Source of the DNA: Eubacteriales bacterium | GTDB taxonomy: Bacteria > Bacillota > Clostridia > Oscillospirales > CAG-272 | Direction: 5' to 3' | Assembly: GCA_045651985.1 (NCBI GenBank) | Contig: JAZRTK010000010.1 | Coordinates: 19,857 to 83,856, forward strand | Length of the DNA: 64,000 nt | Shown here: piece by piece, positions 57,243-64,000 of the stretch | How the letters are laid out: each line of letters begins with the position of its first letter | How positions within the stretch are numbered: position 1 is the stretch's first letter | Notes under the pieces: generated by a model | The model's database searches: none | The model's input: only the letters and a program-made list of their open reading frames with translations | What the model was told of the DNA's origin: nothing | Program-made: the position numbers and the translations under genes

Positions 57243-58648
57243 GTTTTTTGCTCCTTCGTGTTTTTATCGTCTACTATATTGTTCAGCCAGATGCCGCTCT
57301 TTATGAGGAAATAGCCGATGACACATTTTATTATTTGCAGGGCGTTGCAGAAGAAGTAAAGCAGTTCGATGGAAATGCCCGTAAAGTTTGCCAAAATAAA
57401 GGCGGCGGGGGATACGATGACCCAGGTGAAAATGCTGTCAAAGAGCACCGTAATAAATATTTTTCCCCCGCTACGCAAAGTAAAATACACGGCGTTTGCG
57501 TATGCTTGGATCGGCAAAAGTGCGGCGGAGATAATAATAAGACGCTGTGCCAGCTGACGGACGTGAGGTTCGGTGTCGTAAATTTTCGGGAACAGACCCG
57601 AAACGAGAATAAGTACGGTAAGCGAGAAAAGAGATACAAAAATTGAAAGGGCAATAAGCTTTTTGTCCTTTTCGATAGCCTCCTCGATCTTGCCCGCACC
57701 CAGCAGCTGACCGATGATGATTCCCGTGGAAACGCCCATTGCAAGGAAGGTGACGTTCAGCACGTTTACGAGCGTGGAGCTGATGTTGACCGATGCAAGG
57801 ACATAGTGACCTCTCAGGGAATAGCACTGGTTGAGCAGAGCGAGTCCAAGTGACCAGAAGGTCTCGTTGAGCATAAGCGGCAGACTCTTGAGAGTCACCG
57901 CGCCAAGAAGCTGAGAGGGAATGTAAAGCTTTTTGAGGAGTCCGCGAACAAATGGGAATCTTGCGGTGTGCCTGTGTGAATATATAATGATTATGGCTGC
58001 TTCCACGTATCTTGAAATGACCGTTGCGATAGCCGCGCCGTCGGTGCCAAGTGTCGGCGCACCAAGATATCCGAAAATAAGAATGGTGTTGAGAACGAGG
58101 TTCACGAAAACGGCGCAGATTCCTGCCGCCATGGGGACTACCGTTTCCCCCGATTCGCGCAGGGAGCTTGCATAGCATTGGCTTAGTGCAAATGCAGGGA
58201 TACCTGCCAGCATTATGAGCATATATCGTCTGCCGTACATGAGAGTGTTTGCAATGTCTGTGGCATCGCCCTCGCCCTTCAGATAAAGCATTATAAGCTC
58301 GTTGCCAAAGAAAACGAAAATTCCGCAGCCGATAATTGTCAGAATGGTTCCAACCAGCAGCTTGTATCGGAGCATAAAACGACAGCCGTCGTAGTCTTTT
58401 TTGCCAAAGAATTGGGCTCCGAAAATTCCCGCGCCCGAAAACGCGCCGAAAAACGCCAGATTCAGAACAAACAGCAGTGTGTTTGCCACCGCGACCCCCG
58501 ACATCTGTACGGTGCCAACACGGCCTACCATTATGTTGTCAAGCATGTTGACGAAATTTGTGATTCCGTTTTGTATCATTATAGGAACGGCGACGCCCAG
58601 CGCCATTCGGTAGAAGGCACGGTCGCCTATGTATTTTTTGAAATTCAT
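57239..58648 (-). CDS. MATE-family efflux transporter
   Basis: 469 aa. The N-terminus (PIMIQNGITNFVNMLDNIMVGRVG) and 12 TM segments are typical of the family. It overlaps the MFS start (ATGA). Confidence 0.8.
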   Translation of the reverse strand: MNFKKYIGDRAFYRMALGVAVPIMIQNGITNFVNMLDNIMVGRVGTVQMSGVAVANTLLFVLNLAFFGAFSGAGIFGAQFFGKKDYDGCRFMLRYKLLVGTILTIIGCGIFVFFGNELIMLYLKGEGDATDIANTLMYGRRYMLIMLAGIPAFALSQCYASSLRESGETVVPMAAGICAVFVNLVLNTILIFGYLGAPTLGTDGAAIATVISRYVEAAIIIIYSHRHTARFPFVRGLLKKLYIPSQLLGAVTLKSLPLMLNETFWSLGLALLNQCYSLRGHYVLASVNISSTLVNVLNVTFLAMGVSTGIIIGQLLGAGKIEEAIEKDKKLIALSIFVSLFSLTVLILVSGLFPKIYDTEPHVRQLAQRLIIISAALLPIQAYANAVYFTLRSGGKIFITVLFDSIFTWVIVSPAAFILANFTGISIELLYFFCNALQIIKCVIGYFLIKSGIWLNNIVDDKNTKEQKT

Positions 58649-58919
58649 TTTAAAATAATTCTCCTTTGCCTCGCATTTGCCGAAGCGAAATTTTACCGTT
58701 TAACATTTTAACACAAAGTGCTCAAAAATTCAAGTGAAAAGCAGTTTTTGTTTGTCATTTGTGAAAAAAGGTTCAAAATGCAATACTTTTTGTGCATGTA
58801 AAAATCAAAAACAGGAATTTTTGCCGTATATGGCCGTTTTTGCAAAAAAGTCTTTACTTTTTCTTTGAATTGTGATAGAATCAACTTGTTGAAAAAATAC
58901 TCAAAACAGGAGGAAAATT

Positions 58920-60143
58920 ATGAAAAAGACGGTTTTAAAAAAGTACGCGGAGCTGATAGCACGCCGCGGCGTTAACATTCAGAAGGGACAGGAAGTCATC
59001 GTTATGGCGGGTCTTGACCAGCCCGAATTCGTTTACATGGTAGTGGACGAGTGCTATAAGGCGGGCGCGGGAAAGGTGGTAGTTGAATTCGACTACCAGC
59101 CTCTGACAAAGCTCCACGTAAGACATCAGAAGCTGGCGACTCTCGGCAAGGTTGAAAAGTGGGTAGAGGAACGCTGGAAGCACTACACAGAGGTACTTCC
59201 CGCAAGGATCTACCTTGAATCCGACGATCCAGACGGATTGAACGGTATAAATCAGAGTAAGCTTGCAAAGGCGGGCGCGGCGAGAATGAAAGTTATCAAG
59301 CCCTACCGCGACGCTATCGACAATAAGCACACGTGGTGCATCGCAGCCGTTCCCGGCGAGAAGTGGGCAAAGAAGCTTTTCCCCAAGCTCTCGAAGAAGC
59401 AGGCTATTGAAAAGCTCTGGGAGGCTATCCTTTACACCGCGCGTGTTGACGACGATCCCATCGCTGCGTGGAACGCTCACAACGAGGATCTGGCAAAGCG
59501 TTGCAAGTACCTCAATGACCTTAATATTGAAACACTTCACTATAAGTCCTCAAACGGCACCGATTTCAAGGTAGGGCTTATGCCCGAAAGTAAGTTCGCG
59601 GGCGGTGGAGAATACACGCTTTCAGGTGTTTACTATAATCCCAACATTCCCTCCGAGGAATGCTTCACGTCCCCCGCAAAGGACACGGCAGAGGGTATCG
59701 TTTACTCCTCCAAGCCCCTGTCCTATAACGGTCAGCTTATTGAAAACTTCAGCATTCGCTTCGAAGCGGGAAAAGCCGTTGAGGTAAAGGCTGAAAAGAA
59801 CGAGAGCCTGCTCCGCGAGATGATCGGCATGGACGAGGGCGCATCTCGCCTTGGCGAATGTGCGCTCATTCCTTTCGATTCGCCTATCAATAACTACGGT
59901 CTCGTCTTCATGAATACACTTTTTGATGAGAACGCGTCCTGTCACCTGGCACTTGGCAGAGGATTCTCCGAGTGCATGAAGGACTATGATAAGTTCACCC
60001 TGAAGGAGCTTCAGGAGAAGGGTCTCAACGACTCGATTATCCACGTTGACTTCATGATAGGAACAGAGGACCTTGACATTACCGCCACGACCCGAGACGG
60101 CAAGAAAGTAAAGATCTTTGAGAAGGGTAACTGGGCATTCTGA
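58920..60143 (+). CDS. M29-family aminopeptidase (AmpS/PepS-like)
   Basis: 407 aa. LKKYAELIARRGVNIQKGQEV...NTLFDENASCHLALG...HVDFMIG. Confidence 0.85.
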   Translation: MKKTVLKKYAELIARRGVNIQKGQEVIVMAGLDQPEFVYMVVDECYKAGAGKVVVEFDYQPLTKLHVRHQKLATLGKVEKWVEERWKHYTEVLPARIYLESDDPDGLNGINQSKLAKAGAARMKVIKPYRDAIDNKHTWCIAAVPGEKWAKKLFPKLSKKQAIEKLWEAILYTARVDDDPIAAWNAHNEDLAKRCKYLNDLNIETLHYKSSNGTDFKVGLMPESKFAGGGEYTLSGVYYNPNIPSEECFTSPAKDTAEGIVYSSKPLSYNGQLIENFSIRFEAGKAVEVKAEKNESLLREMIGMDEGASRLGECALIPFDSPINNYGLVFMNTLFDENASCHLALGRGFSECMKDYDKFTLKELQEKGLNDSIIHVDFMIGTEDLDITATTRDGKKVKIFEKGNWAF

Positions 60144-60145
60144 TC

Positions 60146-60787
60146 ATGACCCGATTTATCTTTATCAGACACGCTCAAAGTATTGCAAATGATAAAGGCG
60201 TGTTCATCGGACACATAGATTGGGACTTGTCCGAGCTTGGATTTCGTCAGGCAGAGGCGCTTGGACATTACTTGACAGAGCAGGGATTTAAGCCTGACGT
60301 CATCTATTCAAGCGATCTGCTACGCCCCTGCCATACCATTGAGCCCTTTGTGAGAGCAGTCGGTAAGGAAGTGATCAAAAACCGACAGCTCCGCGAGATT
60401 TACGCAGGTGATTGGGAAGGTAGAAAGTTTGATGACCTGCTTGAAAACGAGCCTGCCTATCAAATTTGGAAGCAGGACATCGGTCGCTCCCGAACGGGCG
60501 GCGGCGAGAGTGTTGCAGAGCTGTACGACCGTATAAACGCCGAGGTCGACCGCCTGACCGCGCTCCACGACGGACAGACCGTCATGATAGCCACTCACGC
60601 CACTCCTATCCGTTGCCTGACGGCACGGGCGCAGGGTGTTGGACTTGAAGGAATGAAGGATATTTCATGGGCATTCAACGCGTCGATCAATATTTTTGAC
60701 CACGACGGAGAGAATTTGGTTCCTGTTGAACTGAATTGCCACGATTTTCTGTTGAATATGAACTCCGAGCTTCCGAAATCATGTTAA
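60146..60787 (+). CDS. histidine phosphatase (phosphoglycerate-mutase-like) family protein
   Basis: 213 aa. FIFIRHAQS (RHG-type motif) and ATHATPIR are present. Confidence 0.8.
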   Translation: MTRFIFIRHAQSIANDKGVFIGHIDWDLSELGFRQAEALGHYLTEQGFKPDVIYSSDLLRPCHTIEPFVRAVGKEVIKNRQLREIYAGDWEGRKFDDLLENEPAYQIWKQDIGRSRTGGGESVAELYDRINAEVDRLTALHDGQTVMIATHATPIRCLTARAQGVGLEGMKDISWAFNASINIFDHDGENLVPVELNCHDFLLNMNSELPKSC

Positions 60788-60790
60788 AAT

Positions 60791-60821
60791 AAAAGCCGAC
60801 GGCATAGCCGTCGGCTTTTTT
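60791..60821. terminator. bidirectional terminator
   Basis: AAAAGCCGACGG-CATAG-CCGTCGGCTTTT. Confidence 0.85.
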
Positions 60822-60833
60822 ATAGGTATGGAT

Positions 60834-61775
60834 TTACGGAGCTTGTGTCTCCGCATTTTCAAAAAGCGGAGCAAAGGTTTCTTTGTTTGTGACGAGGTTG
60901 AAATATTCGTCAAGCTCGTCTATCGTCATTCCGTCGCGGAAAAGATTGTCGGTAAGACCAAGCTGTGTCAGCAGTCCGTTTGTATATTCGATCATGTCTG
61001 CCGTCCTGCTGATGTAATACTTATTGTTTGATCCGGATTGCTTTTGGTAAAAATCCTCGGGCAAGCAGATCTTATCGTCCTTAACCGGAACCAGATCCGG
61101 CTTGTTCATGTCACGGTCACCTAACGGCATCCAACCGTATGCGGTCTTACAATCGTACTCACCATAAAGAAGATGCGGATAATCTATATAACCAAAAAAC
61201 ATCGAAATGAAGTATTTTTCTCCAGAGACTATATCTGCGGCGAACTCGGATTCTATCAAAATAATATCATCGTACTCAGCCATTATTTCGTCCTTGTTAG
61301 GATAGTCCAACACGAAATTAAGATAAGTCTGTGTGCGGTCTATGCCCAACTCTTCTTCTTTTTCTATCATAGCCTGAGTGTTGAAGAAGCTTTCATCGGA
61401 ATAAGCCGTTGCCTCGAATTTTTTGTGTATCTTTGCCGGAAATATAGCAAATTCACTCTCCCTTGTTTCTCTTCCCCCTGTGAATGTGAGTACGGATTCA
61501 CCGCCCGCCGAATCAACCGTCAAAATCGGCTCTCCGAATTCAGCAATTACGGCAGACTTCCTATTGAAAGCCGAATATTCGGTCATAACCCATTCCGGTG
61601 GGCATACCGTATGAGTATCAATGTACTCGTAGGTATCTTGATTGGATGTTTCTCGCGTTTCCGATTGCACAGCTTCGGTATCGTTCTCGGTATGCCGTCC
61701 GTCGTTGACAGGAATATTGTTGCAGGAAGTCATAAGAAACAAGACACTCATACAAATTGCAAAAATTTTCTTCAT
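60834..61775 (-). CDS. hypothetical lipoprotein (313 aa)
   Basis: SD AGGAGG is present. The signal peptide and lipobox are MKKIFAICMSVLFLMTSC. GC is lower than the flanks. I recognise no family. Confidence 0.6.
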   Translation of the reverse strand: MKKIFAICMSVLFLMTSCNNIPVNDGRHTENDTEAVQSETRETSNQDTYEYIDTHTVCPPEWVMTEYSAFNRKSAVIAEFGEPILTVDSAGGESVLTFTGGRETRESEFAIFPAKIHKKFEATAYSDESFFNTQAMIEKEEELGIDRTQTYLNFVLDYPNKDEIMAEYDDIILIESEFAADIVSGEKYFISMFFGYIDYPHLLYGEYDCKTAYGWMPLGDRDMNKPDLVPVKDDKICLPEDFYQKQSGSNNKYYISRTADMIEYTNGLLTQLGLTDNLFRDGMTIDELDEYFNLVTNKETFAPLFENAETQAP

Positions 61776-61791
61776 TTATTTAACCTCCTTT

Positions 61792-63678
61792 TTATCGAGT
61801 CACCGAAATAGTGAAAGCTTTCGTAGAAGAAACAGAGAAATTGGTGACCATTAAAATAAATTTGTTGTTTGAATTATTTAATCCGAAATTGTCAATTTGA
61901 TAAACGATACGCGTCTCATCGCTTTTTGTGTGTTCTATACTAGATGATGAATTGATTCTGGTAAACAGATTGAAAAGACAATTTCCAGTTGATTCCGCCG
62001 TAATATAAACAGTCCCAATATTCTCGGTATATGAATAACTAAAATAGTGATTGGAAAGTGGAGCAATACTATTATTTGTAATGAATGACGGAATGTAGTT
62101 TTGCTGCGAACACTGAACTGCTGGCCAAAGGTCCTGAATATAATAATCTCGCGCAATCTCAAAACCTAAGTTTTGATTAGTCGGGAATAAAATAGCTATT
62201 GACATTTCGTCGAAAATAGCATCGAAATCAAATCTTTGCCCATTATATGTTCCGTATATCGATTCAAATTCTGGAGAAGTATTATCATAATTTTCAAATA
62301 TGTTTTTTATTGTTGACCAACCACCATGATTTTGATAAATACACAGCGGAAAAACAAACGCACCGTATTCACGTGTCGCTGTATCAGATGTCAAGGACAA
62401 GTTGGGCGTACCGACAAAATCTTCAAGGTAGCCGCGAAACTCGCTGAATCCAGCTGAGGAATTGAGATAATTAGGATTGGAATAATTTGAATAAATCAAA
62501 GATGCCATGGTTGCAAAAGATTCATTAAACCATAAGTCCGCACCGACAGTTAGGTATTTAATCATGATCGCATGCATAAACTCATGCGCCAAGGTGCGCT
62601 CTGCTGTTCCATTTTGGACAATCGGAGTATGGATAAGGATATCTGATCTTCCACCAGTATATGCACGTGTTCTACCAAGGGCTTGTTCAATTGGTGTGAT
62701 GTATAGATACAAGTAATTCCCCGAGCTTGTCGGACTGGCGAACCCATTAGTAATACAAAAGTATCTGTATATGTTTGTCAATTGTGACTTGAACGCATTA
62801 AGATTTGACAAATTATTGGTGAAGTCATTTGCGTTATACCTGATTTGCATTGTGTAACTTCCAAAACCAATGTCGTAAGTACTGTCATATTCAATGGCAG
62901 CCTCGTTAACAGCTCTACCTTCACCGTTCATAACTTGAACACAATTATGCTCGTATAACAGTTCGCCATTTTGCAAATATATATCGCTTTTTTCCTCCTC
63001 GGTAATTTTCCCGAGAGAGCAGAGCAAATCAGCTTTTTCTATTTCGCTGTAATCTGAAATATCAAAGCTCTTGGAATATCTGTAATTTCTGCCGTTCGTA
63101 ACGATGGTTCCGCTGAGTGTATAGCTGTTTATATCTTTGAAATTCTTCGAGGTGTCGAGCTTTCCCGTTTCTTTTAAAACAGAACTTTCGCTATCTTCAA
63201 CTATATCGTAGTCGGTGTAAACTTCCGTTCCGTCGGCAGCTCTAAAAACGGCGTAGAAGCTACCGCCGCTGTAATCTGCTTCTGCGGTTGCAATAGCCGA
63301 CAAGATAACGCTATCATTCGTTCTTGTGGGAATGATAAATTGTGTATGCTTGGATATGCCGTAATTAGCGGGAAGTGTCTCTACGCTTATAGTATATGAG
63401 CAATACAGCGAAGGCTTGACAAATTCAAAATCTCCGTCAGCATCGGCATATACCGATCTTTCGTAGGTCTCAACGTAATAAAGGAAATTACCTGTCTCGT
63501 CGTATTTGGGGGCTGACGAATAAATTTCTATCTCAATATCAGACAGGTCAATATTATCTCCGCTGACTACCTTTCCTGAAAAAACTTGGGTTAATCCTAA
63601 TGCACTCGTTGATACGATCAGACAGAAAAGCATCGAAATACATACTAATATTGATGTTATGCGGTATCTTTTTAACAT
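61792..63678 (-). CDS. secreted hypothetical protein with a gluzincin-like HEFMH...NESFA motif (putative zinc metalloprotease)
   Basis: 628 aa with SD AAAGGAG and a signal peptide. The HEFMH motif is encoded at 62572-62586. An N-terminal beta-rich region resembles a carboxypeptidase-regulatory or Cna-B-like domain. GC is very low. Confidence 0.6.
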   Translation of the reverse strand: MLKRYRITSILVCISMLFCLIVSTSALGLTQVFSGKVVSGDNIDLSDIEIEIYSSAPKYDETGNFLYYVETYERSVYADADGDFEFVKPSLYCSYTISVETLPANYGISKHTQFIIPTRTNDSVILSAIATAEADYSGGSFYAVFRAADGTEVYTDYDIVEDSESSVLKETGKLDTSKNFKDINSYTLSGTIVTNGRNYRYSKSFDISDYSEIEKADLLCSLGKITEEEKSDIYLQNGELLYEHNCVQVMNGEGRAVNEAAIEYDSTYDIGFGSYTMQIRYNANDFTNNLSNLNAFKSQLTNIYRYFCITNGFASPTSSGNYLYLYITPIEQALGRTRAYTGGRSDILIHTPIVQNGTAERTLAHEFMHAIMIKYLTVGADLWFNESFATMASLIYSNYSNPNYLNSSAGFSEFRGYLEDFVGTPNLSLTSDTATREYGAFVFPLCIYQNHGGWSTIKNIFENYDNTSPEFESIYGTYNGQRFDFDAIFDEMSIAILFPTNQNLGFEIARDYYIQDLWPAVQCSQQNYIPSFITNNSIAPLSNHYFSYSYTENIGTVYITAESTGNCLFNLFTRINSSSSIEHTKSDETRIVYQIDNFGLNNSNNKFILMVTNFSVSSTKAFTISVTR

Positions 63679-63777
63679 AGTTGGCTCCTTTCGGTGTTGA
63701 AAACCAAACGTCCTTACTGAAATTTTCGATTTCTGTCTGCATCGTTATCACTTCCTTTCTTTTCCATTTGCAACTAT

Positions 63778-63806
63778 ATTGTATCATAGACCTTGGTGAA
63801 AGTCAA
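63778..63806 (-). promoter_or_regulatory. putative promoter of the low-GC two-gene operon
   Basis: On the minus strand: TTGACT (63806-63801), a 17-nt spacer, then TACAAT (63783-63778). Confidence 0.5.
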
Positions 63807-63852
63807 TATAAAAAGTTTGTATGTGATCGTATTTTTTTGCAAAAAACACACA

Positions 63853-64000
63853 TTACTGCGCATAAATTCGTCTCGAACTTGTCTTTTTATCTTGCTGGTT
63901 TTCCTTCTTTTCTCCTTTGAAAATTCCGCGAAGCCACCTCATATCCTCGCGGTCGATAACGCCCGTAAGACGAACGAAAATAAGATAGATCAAAACCGCC
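63853..64000 (-). CDS. 3' end of a gene truncated by the window edge (hydrophobic then basic C-terminal tail, possibly a flippase/polysaccharide-biosynthesis-type membrane protein)
   Basis: Own translation of the minus strand: ...AVLIYLIFVRLTGVIDREDMRWLRGIFKGEKKENQQDKKTSSRRIYAQ*, with the stop codon at 63853-63855. The function is a guess. Confidence 0.35.
   Translation of the reverse strand, partial: AVLIYLIFVRLTGVIDREDMRWLRGIFKGEKKENQQDKKTSSRRIYAQ

Noticed and set aside
63554-63787. 77-aa minus-strand ORF (or a 63-aa version from ATG 63742 with an AGGAAG SD) upstream of and overlapping the HEXXH-protein gene
   Set aside because: It overlaps the well-supported start at 63678 (SD AAAGGAG) by more than 120 nt in another frame. 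It is more probably a 5' UTR, although a short uORF cannot be fully excluded.

Overview
This 64-kb window looks like ordinary chromosome from a Firmicutes, Clostridia-type genome. Supporting signs are GGAGG-type Shine-Dalgarno sites, near-consensus TTGACA-17-TATAAT promoters, a T-box leader, a CIRCE operator, WalRK with YycH/YycI-like genes, and clostridial DUF families. Spot counts give about 50-60 % GC in most lines.

I call 59 CDS (2 cut by the window edges), one tRNA-Lys(UUU), one T-box riboswitch, one CIRCE element, several sigma-A-type promoters and about 19 rho-independent terminators. Many terminators are bidirectional between convergent genes.

Most content is housekeeping:
- queA, dapA, rpe, ispD/ispF/ispE, rpiB, tsaB/tsaE, pepT and uxaC/uxaB/uxaA.
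- Aspartate kinase, murA, groES/groEL and an EF-G2 paralogue.
- Transporters and peptidases.

I saw no CRISPR array, rRNA, transposase or integrase.

Best candidates for something new:
1. 27.2-31.3 kb: a translationally coupled pair behind a perfect consensus promoter. It encodes a TerB-N/TerB-C protein and a DUF2791/BrxD-like P-loop ATPase. It resembles Shango but has no helicase, and a PLP aldolase-family gene sits in the same transcription unit.
2. 7.7-12.1 kb: a probable Leu (CUC) T-box driving a LeuA/CimA homologue whose catalytic and metal-ligand motifs are all replaced. It is followed by an unusual fusion of a xylose-isomerase-like TIM barrel to an AMP-forming acyl-CoA ligase.
3. 16.6-17.9 kb: an SPFH-RHH two-gene module with a tandem palindromic operator on its promoter.
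4. 60.8-63.8 kb: a low-GC (about 22-45 %) two-gene islet encoding a secreted HEXXH protein and a lipoprotein.

All family assignments come from reading the translations by eye. No database search was run.
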